The position numbers were made by a program, and so were the translations under genes. Below the pieces are notes generated by a model. That model saw nothing but the letters and a program-made list of their open reading frames with translations, was not told the origin of the DNA and did no database searches. Positions 43,416 through 53,122 of a stretch of DNA of 64,000 nt are shown in pieces (the stretch's first letter is position 1; each line of letters begins with the position of its first letter). The stretch is taken from sequence record MN018232.1. One strand, 5' to 3'.

Positions 43416-44132
43416 CTATCCGAAAAAACTTGATAACCCTTCCAATACTACAGTACTCTTTACTTTAGTGACAGGATTTTTTACCTCAATAGTATGAGAT
43501 AACTTAGGCATTGTCTCAAAGAACTTCTCAATCTCTTTGAACTGAGTGGAACTCATCTGTTCAAGGAATTCGATTACTTCTTTATTAGTAACGTCAGCAG
43601 TTGACCATACCTCTTCTTCACTATAAATCTTGTCAATACAAGTTGCAATCAATTCAAATGATTTATCAACAGAGTTATCATCAAAGTCAAAGTTGTTCTT
43701 GATGAACTGATCCAGTGATGGATACTTCATCTCCATCATCAAAGTGTCGTCAAGTTTGATTTGTTTTGAATGGTTCTCATTCTCCACCACCTTGATATCC
43801 TCAAGGTCAATCTTCACATTGATCGATGTCTCACCATCATCAGGTGCAATAATACCTACCTCAACTTCTTCACCAACAGACTTACCTCTAATGTTTAAGA
43901 AGAGATACTCAATATCAAATGTAGGAAGTTCCTCAACCTTAATACCTCTGGTAGAGATACAGTTCTTGATTACGGTTTTAATTGCAGTTGTAATCTGTTG
44001 AGTATCCTCACTCTCAAGTGCAAGGACAAGAAGTTTTTCTTCCTTTACAAGGAAAGGTCTAAATTTGATTTTCTGTTTGGTAGAAGGCAACTCAAGCTCA
44101 TAAGTTGGAGTAACAATCTTTGGTAAAGGCAT
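43416..44132 (-). CDS. gp26: Baseplate hub subunit gp26
   Basis: MPLPKIVTPTYELELPS...FRPFLVKEEK...FDIEYLFLNIRGKSVGE. Confidence 0.88.
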   Translation of the reverse strand: MPLPKIVTPTYELELPSTKQKIKFRPFLVKEEKLLVLALESEDTQQITTAIKTVIKNCISTRGIKVEELPTFDIEYLFLNIRGKSVGEEVEVGIIAPDDGETSINVKIDLEDIKVVENENHSKQIKLDDTLMMEMKYPSLDQFIKNNFDFDDNSVDKSFELIATCIDKIYSEEEVWSTADVTNKEVIEFLEQMSSTQFKEIEKFFETMPKLSHTIEVKNPVTKVKSTVVLEGLSSFFG

Positions 44133-44162
44133 GATATCTGATAATGATTTCAGTAAAAATAT

Positions 44163-44642
44163 TTAGTTACGTTTTTTACGTTTCTTTGGTTGAGGAATAC
44201 CGAGGTCATGTTCGGTTAAGACCTTGAATTGTACACCATTGTCTTTGGCAAACTCTGCTGCTGCATTCCACTTGGCTTGGTTTATTGCGTAGGTTGTACA
44301 CTCATTGATATAAGCTTTTGTAACTCTAGCCTTCTTCTTTGGTTCGACACATTGTTTTGCTGGTTTGATTTCAATGATGTATCGACACACCCTACCATCC
44401 TGGTGTCTTATCTGTACAATCCCATCAGGATAATATCTATGGACACGATTGTCAACTGGACTGACATAAGGTATTGAAAATTCTTCCGATGCATACTTAA
44501 GAACAGCATCGTTCCTGTCACACCACTTTAAAAAGTGTAGTTCCCAACTACTACGGTAGACTATATTCCTCGCATCCCCCATATATTTTTCAGGATGCTG
44601 AGGATGAAATCTACCTTGATGGTACTTCGAACCCCTAGGCAT
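44163..44642 (-). CDS. gp4: Head completion nuclease gp4 (TnsA-like)
   Basis: PEKY.GD..NIVYRSSWE...HRYYPD...IEIKP...NQAKW.AA. Confidence 0.85.
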   Translation of the reverse strand: MPRGSKYHQGRFHPQHPEKYMGDARNIVYRSSWELHFLKWCDRNDAVLKYASEEFSIPYVSPVDNRVHRYYPDGIVQIRHQDGRVCRYIIEIKPAKQCVEPKKKARVTKAYINECTTYAINQAKWNAAAEFAKDNGVQFKVLTEHDLGIPQPKKRKKRN

Positions 44643-44679
44643 CAGTTATACATAGTATTGATATAGTAACTGTATTTAG

Positions 44680-45369
44680 ATGCCTGCACCAGGTGGAGCA
44701 CCAAAACCAAAGTCTATAAAGACATCTCAGATTAAGAGTAGGATCTTAAACGTTGCTACTCCTAATAATTACATCGTAAAATTTACACCTCCCTCTAAGG
44801 TATCCACATTCATGGAAAATCGTGGATTACCATACAATATTGTAGGTGAAGATATTGAACTGAGATGTATTCAAACAACCACACCAGGGACCTCATTCCT
44901 GACACATTCTGTCAGTTCTGACCATCAGGGTATTGTAGAAGAGATACCTTATAGAAGAGCATATGAGAATGAAATCTCAATGACCTTCATTGTTGATAGT
45001 AACTATGAGACCGTTGCATTCTTTGAGGCATGGGTCGATTATATGAGTGGTGTTGGTCCAACTGTTGCAAGAGAAGCATACTATGGTGACTATGCTATCT
45101 ACAGAATGAATTATTTTAATGACTACAAGTGTAATCTATTCTTGACAAAGTTTGAAAAAGATGCGACTGATAATTCAAGGATCAGTAAATCTCGTCGAGA
45201 CAAGAGAGCACTTCAGTATACATTGATTGGTGCATACCCAAAACAAATAAATAGTATGGACTTACAGTATGGTGAAGCGTCTGATTTTATGAGACTTGTA
45301 GTGACCTTCGGTTACTCAAGATATGTAAGAGAAAGAGTCAACATCCAGGACAGCAATGAAGACATTTAA
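44680..45369 (+). CDS. gp54: Baseplate tail-tube initiator (gp54-like, tube family)
   Basis: IPYRRAY...MTFIVD...FFEAW...YTLIGAYPKQI...VTFGY. Confidence 0.65.
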   Translation: MPAPGGAPKPKSIKTSQIKSRILNVATPNNYIVKFTPPSKVSTFMENRGLPYNIVGEDIELRCIQTTTPGTSFLTHSVSSDHQGIVEEIPYRRAYENEISMTFIVDSNYETVAFFEAWVDYMSGVGPTVAREAYYGDYAIYRMNYFNDYKCNLFLTKFEKDATDNSRISKSRRDKRALQYTLIGAYPKQINSMDLQYGEASDFMRLVVTFGYSRYVRERVNIQDSNEDI

Positions 45370-45988
45370 TCAATTCAACGAAGACGCATCATCATCTGCC
45401 TCGTCTGCTATCAGTGGATCAGGTTCCTTTAAAGGTTCCTCTGACGCACTTAGACTAAAATACGATCAAAGTTTTAAGAAGAGACCATCGACTGGTCTTG
45501 GTGGACTTGCCAAAGATGCTGCTAAACGTGTTGGAAGTGCAGTAAAAGATAGACTGAAGAATAGACAAGGTAAACCAAGACCTGATGGTCCAGGTAAACA
45601 ACCTGACAGAAAACCACAACCATATAGAAGTTCAAAACCTCAGAGCACATCACCTCAAAGTAAAGAACGTCCTGCACTACCACAAGGTAAAGAACGTCCT
45701 GCACTTCCTGCAGGTAAGGATTCAATGGTAGCAAGAAGAACAGCTGCTGCTAAACAACCACCACAACATAAACAAATCTCTGCAAGACCAGCATCAACAG
45801 CAATGGCTGGTAGTAGACAAAGACCTGCAATCAAACCTGCAAAGTCTAATCTCTCCAGAGATAACATGGGTGTTCAGAAGGTCAATGTCAGAGACGAAGG
45901 ACCGACTCAACAGAAGAGACTCAATCCTGCTCAACAAAGACAACTTCCACCCGTAAAACAAAGACAGTTAAAAGCTGCTGATGGATGA
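45356..45988 (+). CDS. Basic low-complexity late protein with internal repeat
   Basis: MKTFNQFNE N-terminus; QxKERPALP twice. Confidence 0.6.
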   Translation: MKTFNQFNEDASSSASSAISGSGSFKGSSDALRLKYDQSFKKRPSTGLGGLAKDAAKRVGSAVKDRLKNRQGKPRPDGPGKQPDRKPQPYRSSKPQSTSPQSKERPALPQGKERPALPAGKDSMVARRTAAAKQPPQHKQISARPASTAMAGSRQRPAIKPAKSNLSRDNMGVQKVNVRDEGPTQQKRLNPAQQRQLPPVKQRQLKAADG

Positions 45989-46370
45989 AGAACAACAGGA
46001 GTATCTGAATAGTAAGATCAACAGATTTTCTGAAGAGGAAGTCAATCGTATCAAGGCTATGAGAGTCGAAGATGATATGATGTTGGAGATCATTGAAAAA
46101 CTTCAGACAGAGGTTGAGGTAGTTCCTGATGTTGGTAAGTATTTTACTTTCATCTATACAGCAAAGACACCCAGAGTTGAGTATGATAGGTTCCCTTTAG
46201 TTGCAGTCACTGGTTTATTCAGATGGGGATTCAGAGGACTTAATTATCACTGGGGTGATTTCAGAAATTACACCTGGGAAGAACTACAGAGCAATCTATA
46301 CAAAGTATATCCCATGGAACTGAAGACTCTTAGAGCCATTCCATATCAAAGTTTCACGATAAATAACTAA
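45981..46370 (+). CDS. DNA end-protector-like protein (gp2-like)
   Basis: PDVGKYFTFIYTAKTP..YDRFPL...WGFRGLNYHW..RNYTW. Confidence 0.65.
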   Translation: MDEEQQEYLNSKINRFSEEEVNRIKAMRVEDDMMLEIIEKLQTEVEVVPDVGKYFTFIYTAKTPRVEYDRFPLVAVTGLFRWGFRGLNYHWGDFRNYTWEELQSNLYKVYPMELKTLRAIPYQSFTINN

Positions 46371-46385
46371 AAGTATCCTAGTATA

Positions 46386-47256
46386 ATGTCGGACGTTGTT
46401 AAGTCATCTGCAATTTGGAACGGACTTAAGGTAGATTCTTATACCAACGTGCGTACAGGAGAGATCAGTTTATATCAACCTGGTAGATTAACACCTGTTC
46501 TTCTTGCAAGATCGATACCTGCAAATGGAGCAGCAAAATGGTCCTATGAGGGTAATGGAGAGAACTTTAGAAACATCTATAATGATCAGCAAAGAGCAAT
46601 TGGTGGAAAAGAATTAACTCAAAAACAATTTAACCAACAATTTTTCACAAAAGGAACAACTGCGTTTAATAATATCAGAGGAACAATTCTTAGAACAGAA
46701 AGTAATTACGTTAATGCTGGTATTCCAGTGACCGAAAGAGAACTCATAAAACAAGGTCACTTTGACAATAGAGTGCCTGGATCAGTGGATCCTGCATCAG
46801 ATATTATGGTGAACTCCGATGGCACCTTACCAGATAGAAGAACTTCTGGAGAGGATCTTATACAGAGAGATCCTGTTATACCTACACGTACAGGACCTGG
46901 ACCTGGAGGAGGAGGTGGAGGAGGTGCCGGTGATGGTCAAGTCATATCTATCACCGATATAGAAAATGCAGGTAATGAGGAAAATAGAAGAAACCCAAGG
47001 GGCAGAACTACAGAATTATTGAGGTATCCATTAATTGAACCACCTCCAGAGTTCCAATATGATTACATAAGTATAACGGCATATGACTATATACCAGATA
47101 AAGGACTAAAATTAGGAGAAGAAAGATTTGCAAATTTAGGAAATCCTGCAGAAACAGTCTTCCTTCCTATGCAACCTCAAATATCAGAAACCAATGCAGT
47201 AAGTTGGTCCGACGATCAACTTAATCCTGTCCAAAAGGCTCTGGGTAATGCAGCAA
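46386..47256 (+). CDS. gp48: Baseplate tail-tube cap gp48-like, cut at J7
   Basis: LRYPL...DYISITAYDY...TVFLPMQPQISETNAVSW. Confidence 0.65.
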
Positions 47257-47262
47257 TAGGGC
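47248..47262. other. Breakpoint J7 (contig join)
   Basis: gp48-like frame switches to NRAGTGSPTFSEG, the interior of a fibre-gene N-terminus. Confidence 0.75.
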
Positions 47263-48526
47263 AGGAACTGGATCACCCACATTCTCTGAGGGTGTGAATG
47301 TTGTTGGTATCTCCAGTCTCGGTATTACGACTGTGACTGGAGTTGGTCAGACTGCTCTGACAGTAAATGGAGATGCTAGAATCACTGGAGTTCTGACAGT
47401 TGGTCAGGGTTCAGTTACGATTGGTAGTACCAATATTACCACTGAATACATTAATGACTTACAATATCCTACTGCTGGTCCATTAAGTAATCGTAACCTG
47501 ATTATCAATGGCGCGATGCAGGTTGATCAGAGAAATAATGGTATTACTAGTACAGCATCAGCCAGTGCCGAATATTGTATTGACAGGTTTACAATTCAAG
47601 CCAATGTTGGTACTGGACATACTACAATTCAAAGTAATGATGCTCCTGATGGATTTGGTCACTCATTAAGACTAGAAGTAGGAAGTGGGAGTTCTCCTGG
47701 AGCAGATGATTTTGGTAGAATATATTATAGTATTGAAGGATATGATGTTAACTGTCTGAACTTAGGCACAGCAGAGGTTGAAGCATTTACATTATCTTTT
47801 TATGTTAAATCATCACTAAGTGGAACATTTGGTGGTACTATTAAAGACGAGGGTGCACCTAGTGCAACCTACACATTTTCCTACACTGTAAGTGCAACAA
47901 ATACTTGGGAACGTCATACAGTCACAGTACCTGCAGGAACATTTACAAGTGGAACATATCAAACTCAAACTGGTCGTGGATTATTAGTATCATGGGATTT
48001 GGGAGAAGGGGCAAATAGAAGTTTATCAACTGGATATAGTACAACTGCTCCTGGGGGTCAACTGGGATTGACGGGTGGTGTAAAAGTTTTAGAAACTGCA
48101 GGGGCAACTTGGTTATTGACTGGTGTCCAACTAGAAATAGGCACAAGGGCAACACCTTTTGAGCATAGGACATATTCAGAGGAATTATTAAAATGTCAGC
48201 GATATTTTGTAAAGATTAGAAATCTTTCAAACGGAGTAGCAAGAACAATGATAATGGGTGGTTTTACTTCTACAAGAGCATTTGGTGGAATTGCATTACC
48301 CGCCATGAGAATTGATCCTACAACAACTTATAATAATATGAGACTTGAAGAACTTGATTTGACTGGATCAGCTGTTATGACAAGGTTTTATACTTATACA
48401 ACCCAATCAGATGGTTGGATGATAGGAATGGAGGCAAATGTAGCCTCTGGATTAGTTGCTAACGTTCCATATTATGTGAGATTTTCTGACGACACTTCCT
48501 TTGTAGCCTTCGACGCCGATTACTAA
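47255..48526 (+). CDS. Tail-fibre/virion accessory protein, paralog of 29651..30982 (first codons missing)
   Basis: YPTAGPLSNRNLIINGAM and GVQLEIGTRATPFEHRTYSEELLKCQRYF. Confidence 0.75.
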   Translation, partial: NRAGTGSPTFSEGVNVVGISSLGITTVTGVGQTALTVNGDARITGVLTVGQGSVTIGSTNITTEYINDLQYPTAGPLSNRNLIINGAMQVDQRNNGITSTASASAEYCIDRFTIQANVGTGHTTIQSNDAPDGFGHSLRLEVGSGSSPGADDFGRIYYSIEGYDVNCLNLGTAEVEAFTLSFYVKSSLSGTFGGTIKDEGAPSATYTFSYTVSATNTWERHTVTVPAGTFTSGTYQTQTGRGLLVSWDLGEGANRSLSTGYSTTAPGGQLGLTGGVKVLETAGATWLLTGVQLEIGTRATPFEHRTYSEELLKCQRYFVKIRNLSNGVARTMIMGGFTSTRAFGGIALPAMRIDPTTTYNNMRLEELDLTGSAVMTRFYTYTTQSDGWMIGMEANVASGLVANVPYYVRFSDDTSFVAFDADY

Positions 48527-48527
48527 A

Positions 48528-48896
48528 ATGTATAAAATTATAGAACAAAATTTAAAGGTAATTCAACTTATCTCCAAAAACGTATTTTTTAAAGTGGGAG
48601 ATAATCGTTATTTCAAGAAATTTCTTGAAGATATATCGAATGATGGATTAGGTATAGTTGAAGGTCCTGATGTTATTGAACCTTCTTATTCCGAACTTAG
48701 ACGACAAGAATATCCATCTCGTGAGGATCAATTAGATATGCAGTTCCATGATCAAGTAAATGGGACCACTACTTGGAAAGATACTATTCAAGGAATTAAA
48801 GATAAGTATCCAAAGACCATCACTGGTGGAACTTCTATTGGTCCAATTCCTGATTGGGTTCAAGAAGAAGTTGATAAGTACAATTCTTCTCTCTAA
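48528..48896 (+). CDS. Probable fibre assembly chaperone
   Basis: YSELRRQEYPSREDQLDM...WKD.I..IKDKYPK motif after a fibre gene. Confidence 0.6.
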   Translation: MYKIIEQNLKVIQLISKNVFFKVGDNRYFKKFLEDISNDGLGIVEGPDVIEPSYSELRRQEYPSREDQLDMQFHDQVNGTTTWKDTIQGIKDKYPKTITGGTSIGPIPDWVQEEVDKYNSSL

Positions 48897-48915
48897 ATAA
48901 CTAAAAAGTCTTCAG

Positions 48916-49872
48916 ATGTCTAGAATAAGAGCCAATAACATTGTCAATGGTGCTGGTACTGGAGCTCCTACATTTCCTAATGGTGCAGTCATCAGTGGAA
49001 TTGCAACAATAAATGCTGATATTGATTCGAATAGTAATATTACTGTGAATCAGATTACATCATTACAATCACTTGGAGTCGGTACTGGAGCAACTGTTAC
49101 TAACCCTGCTGATAATGAACTCGCATTTAATACTAATGGAACTGAGAGAGTTCGTGTAGATTCAAGTGGCAACGTAGGTATTGGTACTGAAGAACCAACA
49201 AAAGCTTTACATATATCACAAAATTCTGACGTTGCAATCAGACTTCAGGCTAGAAATGCAAATGTAGATAATACATCATGGGAAATTGTAGTAGGTGGAA
49301 ACCCTTCAAATGATGCAGAAATGGTCTTCAGAACCAGAAATGATGCTGGTACTGGTGGTTCTGAAATAGCCAGATTTACAACTGGTGGAGACTTAAAATT
49401 CCCTAGTGGTGGTGGTATTGACTTCTCTGCGACTGCTGATGGCAGTGGAACTACGACCAGTGAAGTACTCGATGACTATGAGGAAGGCACTTGGACTCCA
49501 GTGAACGGGAATGGAACTGGCACGTTTGACCCAAACACCTGGGGTCGCTACACAAGAATTGGTCATAGGGTTTGGTTAAGTGGTTATGTAAAAATCGACA
49601 CCATGGATGATACTACAAATACTTTTGAAGTAGACGATATACCTTTTGCTCCTATAGATCCTGGTACAGGAGGCTTTGCAGGGACCATAATGGCTCAAAG
49701 GTTAACTTTTGCTACAAGTACTACTACACAAATTACAATTTATGGTACTAGCGCTGCTAGTGGATTAAGACTCTATGGCATGCAAAATAATGCATCCTGG
49801 GCCCTTGTAGACAATGTTGACTTAAATACTGGTGATTCTTTTTACTTTAGTATCAGCTATGAAGTTGCATAA
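48916..49872 (+). CDS. Tail-fibre-like protein
   Basis: MSRIRANNIVNGAGTGAP, ERVRVDSSGNVGIGT, LDDYEEGTWTP, YTRIG. Confidence 0.8.
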   Translation: MSRIRANNIVNGAGTGAPTFPNGAVISGIATINADIDSNSNITVNQITSLQSLGVGTGATVTNPADNELAFNTNGTERVRVDSSGNVGIGTEEPTKALHISQNSDVAIRLQARNANVDNTSWEIVVGGNPSNDAEMVFRTRNDAGTGGSEIARFTTGGDLKFPSGGGIDFSATADGSGTTTSEVLDDYEEGTWTPVNGNGTGTFDPNTWGRYTRIGHRVWLSGYVKIDTMDDTTNTFEVDDIPFAPIDPGTGGFAGTIMAQRLTFATSTTTQITIYGTSAASGLRLYGMQNNASWALVDNVDLNTGDSFYFSISYEVA

Positions 49873-49939
49873 CTTCCAGCCCGCAACGGCTAAAAACTAT
49901 GTCTAAACCTGTTTTATCCTCTGGATTATCCGAAACCAC

Positions 49940-49990
49940 TTGACAAACTGTCACACCTGACCTCCAGATGACCTCTGGAGGTCTTATAGT
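49940..49990 (+). promoter_or_regulatory. Early promoter with internal 10-bp inverted repeat
   Basis: AACTGTCACAC element, GACCTCCAGA-N5-TCTGGAGGTC (49959-49983), TATAGT 49985-49990. Confidence 0.6.
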
Positions 49991-50011
49991 ATGCTCAGTT
50001 ACCTAAGGGAG

Positions 50012-50113
50012 ATGACCACCACACACAAACTAATATTCATCGCATCCTTTATGTGGATGATGAATTGGGGTACCAGAGTTGTCTATCAAGGATTGTCACA
50101 TGCATTCTATTGA
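50012..50113 (+). CDS. Small hydrophobic peptide (33 aa, not in ORF track)
   Basis: MTTTHKLIFIASFMWMMNWGTRVVYQGLSHAFY; overlaps the next start. Confidence 0.45.
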   Translation: MTTTHKLIFIASFMWMMNWGTRVVYQGLSHAFY

Positions 50114-50438
50114 AGTTGTCCCGTCATTTACACCTGTACCGTCTTGTAAACCCCTTCTAGAGTGGTTCATGACAGAATATCTGTCTGACCATGGTGTAGA
50201 CCTTACAGTGGTCTATATGGACCTATCTGATGAAGGTGTTGATGGTTGGTGTATGAGAGAACAAGACAATGAGTTTGTCATTCAAATCGATGAAAATCTA
50301 AGGGGTGATGAACACACTAAGACATTACTCCATGAGTGTTATCACATGTACCAACATTTGATGGGTATTCCACGATGTGAGATATGTGCTAATCTATCAG
50401 AAAACTTGTTACTTGACAAGTACAACAATCAGGACTAG
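50100..50438 (+). CDS. HExxH zinc-metallopeptidase-like protein
   Basis: DGWC...FVIQID...TLLHECYHMYQ. Confidence 0.6.
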   Translation: MHSIEVVPSFTPVPSCKPLLEWFMTEYLSDHGVDLTVVYMDLSDEGVDGWCMREQDNEFVIQIDENLRGDEHTKTLLHECYHMYQHLMGIPRCEICANLSENLLLDKYNNQD

Positions 50439-50441
50439 AAT
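50413..50441 (+). promoter_or_regulatory. Sigma70-type early promoter TTGACA-N17-TAGAAT
   Basis: Read directly from the sequence. Confidence 0.75.
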
Positions 50442-50484
50442 AGGCTTGTCCTGGAAGATGAGGATCCTTTAAGTTATTAAGACC

Positions 50485-51405
50485 ATGAAGACCAAGTTCA
50501 TTTGTGTACAACCAAAATCAAATAAAGCAAAGAACCGATTTGCAAATCTAATGAATGAACTACACAGTTGTCGTGTAGAACAAGAGAAAGAGGACAGTAT
50601 GTTCCTGAGTTCTATTACTGGAAATTACAGTTTCTGGTTTCAAAAACAAAATGACCCTAACTGGATGGTGATCAAATGAATTACGAAGAGATTCGTAAGG
50701 AATTAGAGACTTCAGAGGAGGAAGGATGGAAGAAAAGATTTCATCCCTACCACAATGTAAAGAAGACTTACAAAAAGGTAGACCTATACTCTGAAATATG
50801 TAAATATTTCAACAACTGAGTGTTGATTCCATGACAATGCCTAAGGGAAATGATCTCTCAAAGAAAGAGATTGATTCAATGGAAATTGCTGTCAAAGAGG
50901 CAAGTATCACCGCCATTCATCCTGATCGGATGGAGGCATTCGCAGATTACCTTGTTCAAAAACTTCAAAATAATGAAACTCGACCCGAAACAAAAACTTG
51001 TGATTGCACATGTTCAAGTGGAAAATCTTCTTGCATTAACCGAGGAGATGGAGTATGAAAGTTACATTCAAAGTAAATTGTATAAACTCAAATATGAATT
51101 TGAACGTCAAATGAAATGTCTTGACATTTCTGTATAAATCAACTATAGTTTACGAAAAATTACAGGAGTAAATGAAGTACCTCTACACTGTGGATCATTA
51201 TGTACCCTTTCCACAATCAGAATATGGTGGTTTGTGGGTAGTCAGAGCATCTGATGATGAGGAATGTTTTGATTTGATTACATCAGCAGATAATGAGTTA
51301 TATCCTGAATTTTATGGTAAACTCAGGGAGAACATCAGTCATTCAAATAAATATGAATTGGTTGGTGATGCACCATCTGAAGTTGTAGAGAGTTTCCTAA
51401 CATGA
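50485..51405 (+). CDS. Run of small early hypothetical ORFs (50485-50679, 50676-50819, 50831-51058, 50983-51137, 51172-51405)
   Basis: Dense same-strand ORFs behind sigma70 promoters. Confidence 0.55.
51121..51149 (+). promoter_or_regulatory. Sigma70-type promoter TTGACA-N17-TATAGT
   Basis: Read directly from the sequence. Confidence 0.75.
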
Positions 51406-51602
51406 CAAAAGAAAACGATCCCAACGATAAGTACGCAGAGTACGAAGTTGATTTTCACGCAAATGAACCTCATTCAGATGATGAGGTAAAAGAAAGTGAA
51501 GGAGTAGTCAACGATTGGCATTCACGCCATAGAGATAAACTTCTTGACGATTTTTGCGATACACATCCAGGTTCCCCACAATGTAAAGTTTTCGATGACT
51601 GA
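51402..51602 (+). CDS. CP12-like protein (C-terminal motif only)
   Basis: Ends DFCDTHPGSPQCKVFDD, matching the CP12 YCxxNPxAxECxxYDD tail. Confidence 0.65.
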   Translation: MTKENDPNDKYAEYEVDFHANEPHSDDEVKESEGVVNDWHSRHRDKLLDDFCDTHPGSPQCKVFDD

Positions 51603-52528
51603 TCCTGAAAAAAAGGCTCTTGGTCTTATGATCGAGAGTGTCCTCAAACCAGACAGTAAACTTCGTGGTTGTGCTCACAATCAGGAATGTTTCGAAGAAT
51701 TAATGGAATGGCGACAGAAGATGTTAGATCTTCTGTACTCTTATCAAAATGAAGAACGTGATTATGAAATTTCCTCACAAGTGTCCTGAAGGTTTCAAAT
51801 ACGAGACCGATCAATTTTCGAAAACTGTAATTCGCATTTGGATTCGTAATTGTAAATATGAATTCGTAGGATGTTCAGATCCACATCCTAAATCAGTATG
51901 GGGTTTTTTCTGTCAAAAGACTAAACAATTTAAAGCTCCTATTCACAAAGACAAAATAGGTAAAATTGTAAAACCAGAAGACACAACACCGTATTCTGCC
52001 ATGCAGTTGAACCTCAATCCACTCATGTCAGCATTTCAATGAAAGACTTAGACCCATCACAAATCACATTAGAATCACCATCTAAATCTTTTGCATACGA
52101 GAAGATTTCGCGTGATATTGATGAACTTAATGATGTTGTGGTGTTAAAAGAAGCTCTTCGTTGTTACGTTAAACTGTACTTCAAACAACAAGAAACAATT
52201 TCTCTTATTGGAGCACCAAATATCCACAATGAAAACATTTGATGTTCAGGTTAATGATTATGTGAAGTGGCATCACAATAATTTGTGTGATGAGGGTTGG
52301 GTATATTTCAAGTGTGATGACTATATTACCATTGAAGTTGGTGTCAAACCTAAACCCTATTGTAATATTGTCAAAAATAAGTTACACTGTAATGATCACA
52401 TTCTAGTCGTCTGTCAATCACAATTTTGGGATGAATTAGAATATATTAAAACGAGAGAATCTAAAGATGAAAATTCGCAATGTTTTGTTAGGACTATCAC
52501 TGTTGATCGTCCCTCCAGCAATGGCTAA
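51595..52528 (+). CDS. Four small hypothetical ORFs (about 51595-51789, 51764-52042, 52039-52242, 52229-52528)
   Basis: Coupled ORFs; starts approximate. Confidence 0.5.
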
Positions 52529-53114
52529 TGAGACAAAGATTACTAAAGGGTACAATACCATGGATGCCATGGGTTGTATGATTGTAAGAGAGTGTACAAA
52601 AGACGTGAATGAAGTCTTTAGTCTTCTCGATATTTCAAGTCAGTACCCTAACACTGAAGAATTTTCATCAGTTTCTCTTGAGTTTAATACTCTGTTGATG
52701 ACACTGAATCAAATTGGTGTCAATGTATATCTAGCAGATCAAAAATATTTTCCAAAGAATCATCGTGGTGTATATCATACTGTAACTAATAATTTCTACC
52801 TGAATAAAGATTATATGGGTGATCCAAGTGTCTTGATGCAGTTGATGAGACATGAAGGATGGCATGCCGCACAGGATTGTATGGCAGGCAGCATCAAGAA
52901 TAGTATGATCGCTATCATCATGCCAGAAGAGGACGTGCCTATGCTGTGGCGCGTGATGGTTGAACGTACCTATCCCGCATCTGCAGTACCCTGGGAGGCT
53001 GAAGCACAATGGGCAGGACGTACTGAAGGAATGACACAAAAAGCATTGACTGCATGTGCCAAAGGTAATATGTGGGAAACATATACACCAACACCAAAGA
53101 CTAAAGAGTGGTTG
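52467..53114 (+). CDS. Conserved cyanophage protein with signal peptide and HExxH motif, cut at J8
   Basis: MKIRNVLLGLSLLIVPPAMA; MRHEGWHAAQDCMAG; PWEAEA. Confidence 0.7.
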
Positions 53115-53122
53115 TTATATAC
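53105..53122. other. Breakpoint J8 (probable contig join)
   Basis: The protein switches after PTPKTKEWL to a Ser/Thr-rich fibre-like tail. Confidence 0.6.

Noticed and set aside
28279-49872. Diversity-generating retroelement acting on the fibre paralogs
   Set aside because: No reverse transcriptase in the window and no template/variable repeat pair with adenine-specific mismatches seen.
49873-49935. Possible conserved structured element after the fibre gene (gcccgcaacggc...taaacctgtttt...ggattatcc)
   Set aside because: Only 4-bp stems are visible; the resemblance to other phage loci is from memory and cannot be supported from this sequence.
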